Assembly: GCF_006345805.1 (NCBI RefSeq)
Contig: NC_043000.1
Span: 12,648,001 to 12,712,000 of the forward strand
Reading direction: 5' to 3'
DNA: 64,000 bases
DNA from: Octopus sinensis
Lineage: Eukaryota
The notes under the pieces were generated by a model that saw nothing but the letters and a program-made list of their open reading frames with translations, searched no databases and had not been told where the DNA came from. This document shows, in pieces, positions 12,096 to 24,871 of this stretch. Every line of letters starts with the position of its first letter. The stretch's first letter is position 1. A program made the position numbers and the translations under genes.

Positions 12096-13774
12096 GTGTA
12101 CTCTGAAATTGTGTACTCTAGAATCGTGAAATTATGTGCATTGAATTCTGTTCACCTCGTTCCATTTTTCCCTTGCTCTTTCTGCTGACTCATAGCTAAG
12201 ACCTTACTTGTGCAATGATGCTGGCATCAGGAAACCAAGTCAACTGATAACTGTCTGCATAACCCAAAAGAGAGTTTGTAGAAGATTTCACTAACTTATA
12301 TTGCCATGAGAATTGAAGAATATAAACATTCAGGCGTTCAGTCAAATCAACAACTTCACTTTTTCTGTTTTTCCTCCTCACTCTCAGGGGACGGACAAGT
12401 GCTTGAACGATTAGATTCTTCACTTTTTATGATAATTAACTTTTACAAACTCCTTTACACTGATTACTGCCTAAGTTTAAATCTCTGCGTAATTATGAAA
12501 GGTCTGTGAGACTTCAAGATGTAACATGAGACACATGATGTATCTAGGTAGAATTTATTGGAAGATATGAATGGGAATAAAAGTGTATATTATCAGATAT
12601 TGTAAATGTACCAATATCTTAAAAAAAACAAACAAAAAAAACCATAGAATCACATTATACTATCAGTATCATAACAAAATATACTGTCAGATTATATATG
12701 AATACATCAGGACCGATCGTAAAATATTACAGTATATCTAACTATATTGAAAGACATCAATGCTGTATCAGGGTCATATTGAGAGATATCAGACTGTATC
12801 AATCTTATATTAGTGGATATTAAGATGTATGCATGGTATATAAATAGATATTAGATGGTATCTGCCTAATATTATGCTGAATGTTTATATCAGGAGATAT
12901 CAGGCAGTATCAGTAGTATGTTTGTAAGTATGATTCTGTCATTGGTGCGTATCCTGGTTTTAGAACAGGGACACAGCATCCTTATATGTTGTAAAACGAA
13001 AGAGAAAGCATTAGAAATAGGAAGGAGAGCTGGTTGTAAAACACTGCCCCAGAAAAATACTATCCAAGCCAAGTGAGCATGGAAAAATGGAAGTAAGACA
13101 ATGATGATGATGATGATGATGACTGAATGAATGAAATAACCCTGTGTCAGTGTCATCATCATCATCATCATCAACATTTAATGTCCACTTTTCTATATTT
13201 GCATGGGTCAGACAAAATTTCAAAGAGAAGAATTTCTATGGCAGGATGCCCTTCCAATCACCAACCCTTACCTGTTTCCAAGCAAGGTAATATTTTCCGA
13301 TAACCAGATATGTTTTTTACATGTAAGACTAGAAATGAGGTGCTCATTTACAACCATCACTTGATGTCTAAATAAGGGTACACACACACACACTCATACA
13401 TACATATATACACTCACATACACACAAATAAATGTGCACACTCACACACACACATATACATACACATACATACATAGACACATACACACACACATACATA
13501 CACACACACACATACATACACAAATGTGTATGCACACACACACGCATACATACACACACGCATACATACACACACAAGTGCTTATATATGATAAGCTTCT
13601 TTCAATTTCTGTCGATCAAATCCACTTGGAAGGATTTGATCAGTCCATGGCTACAGCGGAAGACGCTTGTCCAAGGTGTCACACAACAGGACTGAACTCA
13701 TGGTAATACGGCTGGGAAGTAAGCTTCTTAACCATTTGGTCACAACTATTATGTAAATAGATATGTTTCAAATT

Positions 13775-14422
13775 TTCGCACAAGGCCAGCAATTTCAGGG
13801 GAGAGGTAAATCACCAGGCAATGTGTGTGTTTATGAGCAAAACAACTAAGCTCCACGCGGTTCCAGCAGAAGGTAATGGCAAACTTCTGCTGACTCTTTC
13901 GCTACAACTTTTACTCTTTCCTCCTGCATCTTGCAGTTCACCTGCGACGGACGGGCATCCCATCCAGGTGGGGAACCTATGCACCAAGGAAACCAGGAAA
14001 CTGGCCCTAATGAGCCAAGCTCGAGAAGGAACAAAAAAAAAGAAAAATATCACTTGGGTCGATATAATTAATTCTCGCACAAGGCCAGCAATTTCAGGGG
14101 AGAGGTAAATCAATTATATCGACCCCAGTGATATTTTTCTTTTTTTTTGTTCCTTCTCGAGCCACGCTTGGCTCATTAGGGCCAGTTTCCCGGTTTCCTT
14201 GGTGCATAGGTTCCCCACCTGGATGGGACGCCGGTCCGTCGCAGGCGAACTGCAAGATGCAGGAGGAAAGAGTAAAAGTTGTAGCGAAAGAGTCAGCAGA
14301 AGTTTGCCATTACCTTCTGCTGGAACCGCGTGGAGCTTAGTTGTTTTGCTCATAAACACACACATTGCCTGGTGTGAGATTCGAACCTACGATCCCTCGA
14401 CCGCAAGTCCGCTGCTCTAACC
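13775..14422. mobile_element. Head-B-like SINE (minus, 14110-14422) with an adjacent inverted partial duplicate (13812-14070) and a 38-bp direct repeat
   Basis: 13812-14070 is the reverse complement of about 14112-14374; TCGCACAAGGCCAGCAATTTCAGGGGAGAGGTAAATCA occurs at 13775 and 14075. Confidence 0.9.
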
Positions 14423-15335
14423 ACTAGGCCATGTGCCTCCACATACTGTAGTATAGTAGAGTATAATGGGATGTAGTGTACTACTGTAGTGCAATTCAGT
14501 TGTATAGTACAGTGAAGAAATGTATTGTAATATAAAGTTATAGGTGCAGACATGGTAGTGAGGTTAAGAAGCTTACTCCACAACCACATGGTTCCTGGTT
14601 CAGTCCCACTTTGTGGAACCTTCGGCAATTACCTTCCACTATTTTGCTGAGTAAAATCTTATGAGTGGATTTGATAGCTAGAAACTAGAAGCCCATTGTA
14701 TATATACAACTAGGCCATGTGCCTACGACCCCAGTGCTTAACTGTTACTTATTTTAATCAACCCCAAAAGGATATAAGGTGAAGTCGACCTCAGCAGAAT
14801 TTGAAATTACATAAATAGATATTAGTACATATCAGTATAACGCATATATCAGTTATATAATATATCTTATACTGCAGTAACGTTTTGTTAATGACATAAT
14901 GGATATATTAGACACATTGAAATCTAAGAAGAGTGGGTGCTTATCAAAGGCTAATAGTAAGTACCAGATATATATTAGGGCCAACCAAGAGCTAGCCAAC
15001 AAGGGGTGTGCTCAAATATATTTTACAACATGACATGGGGACTGCTGTGGAAGAAATTTGAACCATAAAGGGCACAGTGAAATATGCTAAAAATTCATGA
15101 GGCTGTTTGTAGTGTAGGAGTAGGACAGGAAAAGAAAGAAGAGAGAGAGAGAGCTGTGGGGTATGGTGGGTTAAGACTTCTCCCTACCACCCTGTTATGT
15201 AAGTTATTGGGTTTCAATGATGTTGATGATAGAGAAGAAAAACTCATCAGGCAGTCATAGTCTGTAAGGTTTCAAGATTTAAGGAGGTGATGATGGAGAC
15301 GGTGATGGAGAAATGTATACACACACACACACCAA

Positions 15336-15367
<32 letters not shown>

Positions 15368-15439
15368 CATGTGTGTGTGTGTGTTGTGTCTGTGCTTTAT
15401 GCACATGTACACATATGTATGTGTATATATGTGTATAGG

Positions 15440-15660
15440 GATACTTGTATATATTTATATGTATGTATGTATGTACGTATGTTGATATTTATATACATAT
15501 TTATATGTATGTATATACGTACGTGGATATTTATATATATATTTATATGTATGTATATACGTATGTGGATATTTATATATATATTTATATGTATGTATAT
15601 ACGTATGTGGATATTTATATATATATTTATATGTATGTATATATATATATCTATATGTAT
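15440..15660. repeat. ~42-bp AT-rich tandem repeat
   Basis: GTATGTATATACGTATGTGGATATTTATATATATATTTATAT repeated about four times. Confidence 0.8.
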
Positions 15661-16114
15661 ATATATATAAATTATATAGGTATGTACTTATATGTCTGTA
15701 TATCTGTCTATTTATCTATCAATATATATATATATATGTATACACACACACACACACATGCTTGCATGCATACATACATACATACATACATACATACATA
15801 CATGCACGTAACTGTGAGTGTGTGTGTGTATATATGACTATATATCCCTGTAAATACATACACAGACATACTTGCAAACACAGATGCACACACACACAAA
15901 ACCCAGATAAATAGAAAACAAAGCAAAATTATAGGCAAAAGGAATGAAAGAAATAATGAAAATAAAGGTTAAAATGAGGGGTGGGGTGAGTGGTGGGAAC
16001 AGAAAAACAACAACACGTAACAACAACAACAACAACAACAACTTTCAGAGCCTCCATTCCAAATTAAGTACCGTGCCAAATTGTTCTGAACTTCTCAGTG
16101 GAACAATGGCTTAC

Positions 16115-16130
16115 CATCTGCGAACAGCAT
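16115..16130 (-). CDS. Candidate short first coding exon (MLFAD, phase 1)
   Basis: ATGCTGTTCGCAGATG|GTAAGC strong donor at the end of a unique, UTR-like island (~16115-16400). Confidence 0.25.
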
Positions 16131-17828
16131 TGGAAACCCAGCAGCTAGCCAATTCGCACACGCAAAGATACACAGACATACAAATTAATCCTACATCCTT
16201 TAAAAAAAAAAAAAGTGGGGGGATGATGAAAAAAAAATATACAAAACTTGATGGCCTCGCTTCATTTTAGGAAGAAAATATTTGCCCAACAAAAACAAAT
16301 TCTTGAGGAGTTCGCCTATTGTGTTCCCCTACCTTCTGGCCTGTTGTTGTTGTTGTTGTCGTTGATATTGGATGTTTCTTATGTTTTAGCTTTGTCTCAG
16401 ATGAAATTTAGTGAAACTAGCTGAAATGACAGGGGGTTAATCATCATCATCATCATTTTAACATCCACTTTTCCATGCTCGCATGGGGGGTCAGATGGAA
16501 TTTGGTTGTCGCCAACCCACACCTGTTTCCAAGGAAAATAATATTTCCCCATGACCAGATATGTTTTCACAGAAGACTGGAAACAAAGGACACCACTTGT
16601 GTGGCACTGATTGGTCCACATTACTCTGTAAGGAGCATAGGTCCAATTCCCTAGTTTCTCTGGTGTATATATTCCTCCCTGGATGGGATGCCAGCCTGTC
16701 GCAGGATTACTCATTTTACCAGCTGAGTGCACAAGAGCAACATGAAATGAAGTGTTTTGCTCAAGAACACAACACATTGCCCAGTCCAGGAATTGAAACC
16801 TTGGTCTTGAGATCATGAATGCAATACACTAACTACTAAGCCATGTACCTCCATGCTTATGTGACAGTAGTTCACAACTATCACACAATGTTGAGGCAAG
16901 AAGAGAGCAACACACACACACAAACAAACATGTACATACATATAATGGGCTTCTTTCAGTTTCCATCTACCAAACCTAAACGAGGCTTTGGTTGGCCTGA
17001 TGCTATAGTAGAAGTCACTTGCCCAAGGTGCCACACAATAGGACTGAACCCCAAAACCATGTGGTTGAGGAGCTAACTTCCTATTTCTTTATTGCCCACA
17101 AGGGGCTAATAATAGAGGGGACAAACATAGAGGGAAGAAACATACAGGGGAGAAGCAAACTTCTTACCACACAGGAATCATCACAAAGATCAATAATCCA
17201 TCGGATTAATACTTAGCTTGGTGGCACCATTTGATTTTGTGGTCTTAAGTAGATAAAAATATAGATTTTTCTGCAACTCCTGCATAGGTTACTTGCCCAT
17301 GCAACTGGCATTTTCTGTGAAAAGCTTTGTATAAATTCATGGTAGCAAGATTAACTTGCTATCAAAGTAATTCTTTTCCCCGTGGGCTCAGGTATGGCTG
17401 TGTGGTAAAAGGTTTGCTTCGTAAATACATGGTTTTGGATTCAGTCCATGGTGTGACACCTTCAGCACAGCAAATAGCTTCTGTAAGTGAGTGAATTTGA
17501 TAGATGGAAACTGTATGGAAGCCTGTAATATGTGTGTGTGTTTGTATATGTAAACATATACAAATATAAGAATAAAAAATTTCACTGAAGGGCAACAAAG
17601 GAGCACACGGAAAAAATCACATACAAGATGTGGACAACCCTAACCCCTCATCAATTATTGGCCCAAAACCATCACAATTTCACACCATTATTGATAAGAT
17701 TGTTCATTTTGTAGCATCTACAGCAAAATGCTGCTGGGATAAGTAAGTGGACATAAGTGATGGTGACAAGAAGACAAACAAATGATAAATGACAAGAAAT
17801 ATATATATACATATGTATGTATGTATGT

Positions 17829-18075
17829 GTGGAGGCGCATGACTTAGTGGTTAGAGTGTTGCACTCAGAATCATAAGATTGTGGTTTTGATTCCTGGACC
17901 AGGTGATGCATTGTGTTCTTGAGCAAAACACTTCATTCCACATTGCTCCAGTCTACTCAGCTGTAGAAATGAGTTTAGCCTGGAGAAGGGATGGGATCCA
18001 TCAGGCTTTCCCGCCTTAGGTACATAGCATGGCTGCAGCACTCTAACAATCCATAAGGGTTTAAGGGACTTGTCA
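17829..18075 (+). mobile_element. tRNA-derived SINE, head C with a distinct tail
   Basis: GTGGAGGCGCATGACTTAGTGGTTAGAG head and TTGAGCAAAACACTTCATT core. Confidence 0.75.
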
Positions 18076-18589
18076 ATGAATGTATGTATGTACGTACATA
18101 TGTATGACTGCAGTCCAATGACTGAAGCAAGTAAAAGGTGAAATGCAAATCACCAAGATCTTGTTGGTGATCTATTCTCAGTCCATAGTTAACTTTGATA
18201 GCTGTAGATTCAAACTGATGAAAGAGTAATTGATCTTCTTCAGAATCAAATGTTAGTCAATGAAGTTAAAAATGATAATCTGGAAGATGGACAGAGAGTT
18301 AACAGATGTTACTGCATAATAATTGATAAAACAAGTGAATGCAAACACTCAGATTGTTCATAGGTATCGTTTTCCTGTCACTGAACTGTGGCTATGCTGG
18401 AGCACCACCTTCAAGTGTTTAATCAAACAAACTGACCCCAGTACTTATTTTTTAAAGTCCGATTCTACTTATTTTAAAGTTTTGTTCTAGCCAGTTTCTT
18501 TTGTCAAAGTGCTAAGTTATGGGGATGTAAACAAACCAACACCAGTTGTTGAGTGGGAGTGGGGGGGGCATACACAGGCACAAACACAT

Positions 18590-18650
<61 letters not shown>

Positions 18651-19522
18651 GACAGGCTTTCATTTTGTCTGCCAAATTCAAAACTCCAATGTCCATGTTA
18701 TTTCATGGTGTCACAGCAAACAATGAGAACCATAAGACAAAGAGGGGAACCTCTACATGGTTGTTCAGCCTGGTAGAAATAGCATCCAAATCTACCTCAA
18801 ATTACACCCTACCACCTTAAAAAGAAAAGGACACATTAAATAATGTAGTCAGGAGATACATAGGTTTGTAAGAGATCAGGATGGTCATGATTGGAATGCT
18901 TTTCATTATTGGTCTGGTCAACAAAAACAGGGCATTGGTTGGCCTGAGGCAACAGTAGAAGACACTTACCCAAGGTGCTGTGCAGTAGGACTGAACCCAA
19001 AACCACATGGTTGCCACAAGACAGCTTCTTAACCAGACAGACATTCCTGCATCTGAGCCGTAAAAGGCGTGACTGCACCTATAACATGTTTGTTTACGTT
19101 TTTCTTTGTGTTTGCTTTTTATTCCATTTATGTTGTCCTGACATTTGGATGTTGATGTAATATCGTCATAGGGCAGGAAAAGCATGGAAGGGATAGGGAA
19201 AGAGGGGGCAGAAAATGGAGAAAGGGGCAGAAGTAGAAAAAGAAATGAAAATAAAAAAAAGGAAAAACTGAAAGAGTGTAAAGGAGAAAGAGTAAAAGGA
19301 AACGAAGGAATCTGAAAGAAAACAAAAGATGCTGAAAGATATTTAAAGGAGACCAGACAGATTTGTATGTAACACTTGTGATGCCGAGTGAGAGTGGAGT
19401 GTGAGTTGAGTGCTCCCACCTCCCCGTGAGTTTGGAATTTCCAACTGTCACAATAAAACTTTAAAGCTGAGTTTCAACTATGTAGCTTGTACTCATTGGA
19501 GCTTCCCTTCAGATATGAATGA

Positions 19523-19558
<36 letters not shown>

Positions 19559-19604
19559 CCTTTCTATACTAAGCAAAATGAAATAGATTGACAAATTTAT
19601 TTTT

Positions 19605-19645
19605 TGAACCAGTTGAAGACACACAAGATGTCGAAATATCGTTCA
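19605..19645 (+). ncRNA. Degenerate minimal hammerhead fold
   Basis: UGAAC-CAGUUGA-A-GACA(CACAAGA)UGUC-GAAA-UA-UC-GUUCA: perfect stems I and II, AUAU palindromic helix III, AUC site; core is 5/7 to CUGAUGA. Confidence 0.5.
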
Positions 19646-19819
19646 CTAGATAACAATGGGACTATTCTTTTAATTTTGACTCTATATCTTTAGGAGGAGT
19701 TACCGCAATCCTTTCTATATTAACCAAAATGAAATATTATTATTAATATTATTATTAAGGTGGCGAGCTGGCAGAACCGTTAGTATGCCGAGCAAAATGC
19801 TTAGCAGTATTTCGTCTGA

Positions 19820-20120
19820 ACGAAACACCCATGTTTCCAGAGGTGAATTATTCAACCCCCAAAGAATCCCTCTCAATACATGGCTATGATGCTCCCCCAC
19901 TACTTCTGCTTGTGATCAGAGATGCACATATCATTAGCCACTAAGGGACATGCTCAACTGGTTAAGGTCAAACAACTGACAAGCAGATCTGTGTTATTGA
20001 GCAGAATATTTGGTGTAGCCCATCTTTTATACCAAGACAAAACAACATACATAATAACACTTCTAATCAGTTAAGATCAGAAGCCATGAGAGCCACTGCC
20101 TGGTACTGCATCAGGGCATT
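19820..20120 (-). mobile_element. Non-coding TAA-array-associated retroelement (5' part)
   Basis: Reverse complement of about 38371-38676; fused at 19818 to a family D SINE head (19759-19818, + strand). Confidence 0.8.
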
Positions 20121-20136
20121 TATTATTATTATTATT

Positions 20137-20500
20137 CTATGTTTGACTTTTGCCTTACATTTGCACAAGCTGGCTCCAAGTCTCACCCAGAGACCTCAAG
20201 AGACAACAAGTTGGAAGTTCATGTTGGTGTTATGCCTAGGGTGCCATATATTTGGTTTTGTACTTAGTGTTGTACTAGTGAATGCCTAAAAAAACCATAC
20301 GAAAATTATGTTTGTTTTAAAACTTGAGATTACAAAGAAAGTATTTTGCGTAGGATATGAGCAGTTCCCATGAGCACTATCTTTTGAATTTCTGCCATTT
20401 TGGGGTTTCCTGGTATCTGAGTTAGGTAGCAATCAGCCCCTTTTGCTATCATTCCCAGGGCACCTATGACAACAGGTATTGTTTTAGTCTTCAGGTTCCA

Positions 20501-20503
<3 letters not shown>
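20137..20503 (-). mobile_element. Dong/R4-clade LINE 3' end in a (TAA)n array
   Basis: Translates MWNLKTKTIPVVIGALGMI...IQKIVLMGTAHILRK; flanked by ATT repeats on both sides. Confidence 0.85.
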
Positions 20504-20534
<31 letters not shown>

Positions 20535-21085
20535 TTCTGCCGTGTTTAGCTAGAGAAACTACTGGGGTCGATGTTATTGACTAGTCCTCTCCCCAAAAAT
20601 TTCAGGCCTTGTGCCTATAGTATAAAGGATTATTATTATTATATTATTATTATTATTATCAACTACCTCCCTACCACAAAATTGTGCTATTAGTAGAAAT
20701 GGTTATCATTATTTCTGGCTGCATGTATTTGCAAGTCCTTTTGGTGACAGTGTGCATGTATGTGAAACGGGTTATATATTCAAATCTGCATGTTTTCAGT
20801 GGAACACTTCTTTAGATGTGTGTGTTCAGATGTGTGTATGCATACGACTTCAGATGTAGGTCTCTGCATGTGTTCATATAGTGGCTATTTTTTTTAATGT
20901 AAGAGTATATGTATGTGAATACACGTGCGGTTAACTGTTTTAATGTATTTCCATATATTGTGTGTGTGTATGTATGTGTGCGCGCGCACACATGTAAGTG
21001 TCTGTATGTGTGTGCATGTATGTGTTAGTGTGTGTGTGTGTGTGTAATTAACCTGAATAGCCAAATATTTACATAGAATAAGGTC

Positions 21086-21116
<31 letters not shown>

Positions 21117-21148
21117 GATAGAGAGCAGAATGAGAAGGAGGGAAGAGG

Positions 21149-21194
<46 letters not shown>

Positions 21195-21544
21195 GTGTGT
21201 GTGTGTGCATGTGTGGCTGTCCTACAGTATAGCTAAGTAGCTCCAGTTCATGTTTACACAATAAACTGACTGAATTAGGGTGGAGGGTAGTAATGAGAGA
21301 GGAAGTGCTGAGGAGATATACATAACTATAACACAGATGCAGGGTGGGGGGTAGGTGAGCTTGTCGAGCTGAGGTGGGGCCGGGGAGGGGAGGGGAGGAG
21401 ATGAAGTAGGAGTGGGGCAGGGCAATATGATGTTCCAACATCTCAGTTTTGTCACCTTCAGCTAAGTTTCAAACTGAAGTGTGTGTGCGTGTGTGTGATC
21501 ACCAGTGTTTTACATCCACTTTCTGTGGCTGGTATGGGTTAGAC

Positions 21545-22204
21545 CAGTGGTTCTCAACCACTTTTTATTGATGGACCCACTCTGATTCCTCTTTTGCTCA
21601 GATGGGCCCTTATAGCCATTCGATGTTTAAAAAATTCAATTAAATTTTTATAATTAAATATTAGGCATTGTATAAAAAAATAATTGTTAAAATATTTCAT
21701 GTAGGCTGTGTGGTAAGTAGCTTGCTTACAAACCACATGGTTCCGGGTTTAGTCCCACGGCGTGGCACCTTGGGCAAGTGTCTTCTACTATAGCCTCAGG
21801 CCAACCAAAGCCTTGTGAGTGGATTTGGTAGACGGAAACTGAAAGAAGCCCGTCGTATATATGTATATATATATGTATGTGTGTGTATACGTTTGTGTGT
21901 CTGTGTTTGTCTCCCCAACATCGCTTGACAACCAATGCTGGTATGTTTATGTCCTCGTAACTTAGCGGTTCGGCAAAAGGAACCGATAGAATAAGTACTA
22001 GGCTTACAAAGAATAAGTCCTGGGGGCCGATTTGCTCGACTAAAAAGGTAGCGCTCCAGCATGGCCATGGTCAAATGACTGAAACAAGTAAAAAGAGTAA
22101 GAGAGAGTATTGTGTAAGCATAACCATTTATTGCACATAAATACTAACATCAAAATCTTTTGAGGTCCCCCCACTGTCATATGGACACCGATTGATAAGC
22201 ACTG
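21545..22204 (+). mobile_element. hAT-like MITE containing a nested family A SINE (21701-22106)
   Basis: Termini CAGTGGTTCTCAACC and GATTGATAAGCACTG; degenerate 8-bp TSD GGTTAGAC/GGTTGGAT. Confidence 0.7.
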
Positions 22205-22405
22205 GGTTGGATGGTTAATTGCTCATCAGTGTTCTTCTCAATGGGTCACAGAGCCAAAGCTTACTGATGAGTTTCATTTTTGGCTTGGATTCTATGGCTG
22301 GATGCCTGATATGTCAGCTTATTAGGAAACCTGTAAATTGTAGTATCTAGCTTGTTACCATCCAGCATACAATTGGCTAATGCAGAATACTCAAAGGAAT
22401 ATTAA

Positions 22406-22626
22406 CCCTTTCATTACCAACCTGGCTGAAACCGGCTCTGGCTCTGTAGTACAGATGTCTTGTTTTCATAAGTTTTGAATTAAAATCTTCCACCAAACCT
22501 TAGTCATAATTTACATTCCTAACACTAGCTGAATGATAACTAAGTTATTTTACAAAATTCTTTGTCATATCTAAAATAATTGAGAGAAACACTGAGCATC
22601 TCAAAATAAATACAGTCACGAAAGGG
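22406..22626 (+). mobile_element. piggyBac-like MITE
   Basis: TTAA|CCCTTTC...GAAAGGG|TTAA. Confidence 0.8.
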
Positions 22627-23352
22627 TTAACAGATCAATAAATTTATTAATCAATGTATCAAATTCATTTTGTCCATTACAAAATTTGGAATGATGCTGA
22701 CAAAATAAAAAGCGCCGCACAATTTCAATTCTAGACGCAACATACATTACAAATAGTATGCAGTTAATCTTTTCTTCAGCTGTCGGTCGGAGGTTGGTGT
22801 TGACAGTTCTTGTTTAGTAATTGCTGAACAAAACACTGTGGATGGTGAGTAAGGCAGCTGACACTGTCCCCACACCAGACTGCTTCTCTGGGCCTCCAGA
22901 CCAGGTACCAACTGGTATACAAGTGTACAATGAGCATGGTCGAAGATGGGGCTGCTCCGCAGTAGCAGCTCCCTTGCTAGTTGACACCCAACTGTTGTCT
23001 GATGGTACAGATCTTCTGCTTGGCTGCAATAACCTTCAAGCCATTGGTCTAAAACTCTTTCACCTTGTCAGCTATCCAATGTCCTGCTGCCAACATCCTC
23101 ATTGTATCCCTGATATGGGAGGCTAAGGGATTGCTAGTACTTGCCCAATGTGGCACCCCAGTAATAGGTATAGAAATATCTCAATTTTTCTTTATTGTAG
23201 TGAGAAGGAAAATAAATGTAAATTTATGTATAATAAAGTTTGATTTTTGTACTTTTTGCATAATGGTTTGATGATATTAGTTGGTGAATATTATTTTCTT
23301 GAAATATGAAGATTAATTTATTTTAGAATATATATATATATATATATATATA

Positions 23353-23393
<41 letters not shown>

Positions 23394-23398
<5 letters not shown>

Positions 23399-23811
23399 GC
23401 TTTCAGTGCAAATGGTTTTGTTAAGCAGTGTCGAGTTTTAGAAGTCTATAAATAATAATAATAATGGTATTTTTTATAAGCTTAAAGCATATAGCAATCA
23501 CCGTGCAAATGACTAAGGAAAATAGTCTAATAATGGGGCATATAAGCCCTTGACAGAAAAAGCAGACTTTCTCATATGCATGGGACTCGAACCCTCATCC
23601 CTTTGTTAACATGGCTAAGTGTGTTACCGATTACACCAGTGAACCAGCCTGCTCCTTTGTGTCAAATTTAAGAACTATATTAGTTCATAGTTGCTTTTAT
23701 AAACAAACTTTATATGCTTTAGGTGCGAATGGTTTTGTTAAGCGGTATCGAGTTTTACAATTCTGTAAATAATAACAATGGTATTTTTTGTTGTAAGCTT
23801 AAAGCTTATAG
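23394..23811 (-). mobile_element. tRNA-like Pol III cassette bracketed by ~100-bp direct repeats, next to (TA)n
   Basis: Repeats at 23394-23494 and 23711-23811; minus-strand A-box TGGTGTAATCGG (23638-23627) and B-box GGTTCGAGTCCC (23593-23582). Confidence 0.7.
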
Positions 23812-23879
23812 GATGACTTACTCCCCCATTTACAGTCTGCTACTGATGTGGGTGCCATACCATATGCGGTTATTATATA

Positions 23880-23988
23880 TATGATAAAATAACAAGACCG
23901 TACAGTCACAGTTCAGCGCAATATGTTTCAGAAGAGTGAAACACTTCTTGCACTGAACTGTGGTTGTCCATTCTTGTTATTTTTCATA
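23880..23988 (+). repeat. ~109-nt imperfect hairpin
   Basis: ACAGTCACAGTTCAGCGCAA pairs with TTGCACTGAACTGTGGTTGT (19/20 counting two G-U pairs); additional inner and outer stems. Confidence 0.75.
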
Positions 23989-24507
23989 CATGGCGATTGC
24001 TCCATCTTCACAGATGACTGCTATCTCCTTATGCTTCCTCATTGTTGATGATATTTCTGACTTTCCATTCATGACCTCTCAGATGAAGCATGAGTGAGAG
24101 ATGCACACTTCCAACTGGTTAGGTCTGTAGACGTTGTCACTCTTCCATTGCCAGGACTTTCAGTAGATGGAATGACAAATGAGGTCACCATAAAGAGAGA
24201 CATCTGTACTTAATTGCTGTATAGTGATAGACGCTTGTACAATACGAACAACACTCTCCGAGTCTCTGTAGTTAGTACATAGTGACAGGCCGAAGTGAGA
24301 TGACCAATAAATCATGCGAAATCACAGATTTTACATTAGACTTTTCTCTCCCTGCAGTTCAATGACTTACGGAGATGGACTTGCATAGCAAGTGATTTGA
24401 TCTGAGATCGTGTGCTGGAATGAAAACAATTGCAGCGTGGAAGGTGTTTGTAAGCCATTTAAGAAACACACAAAAGCCGTTCGATTCACTTCAACATTTA
24501 AGTTTAA

Positions 24508-24558
24508 TTTGTCAAAATATTTTCGTTGCTATAAGACCGCGACCTGTTCACTGACAAA
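24508..24558 (-). ncRNA. Minimal type I hammerhead fold with G3-C8 compensatory core (GUGAACA)
   Basis: UUUGUCA-GUGAACA-G-GUCGC(GGUCUUAUA)GCAAC-GAAA-AUAU-UU-UGACAAA: 7-bp stem I, 4/5-bp stem II, AAUAUU palindromic helix III. Confidence 0.6.
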
Positions 24559-24871
24559 AATGACTGAAAAGAATAAAAGATAAAAGATATATGACTAAAG
24601 TTGGTGGCAGAGTTCGTTGTGCATGCCAGATAAATGAAGATTAAGCCAGATGATGAAATACTGGGCTCTGGCAAGCAGTGAAATAAAGAATTACAGTGAG
24701 CAGCAAGACGAAGAACCAATGTACCAATAAGACAAATGGCTGTGATGAGCAGTGCTCTTCATTGCTCCAGTTACAGCCTATCTGAATTGAAATAAGCATC
24801 ACAGGGTGGAATGATTCACTGCTGTAAGCAGTAGCAACGCTGTCAAATTGAAGAGTGTATAGACTCTAAAG

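Noticed and set aside
16409-21475. Short motif TGAAAC(T)(T/C)AGCT at about 16411, 19465 and 21460 as a shared regulatory element
   Set aside because: Too short and in mixed orientation to exceed chance in AT-rich DNA.
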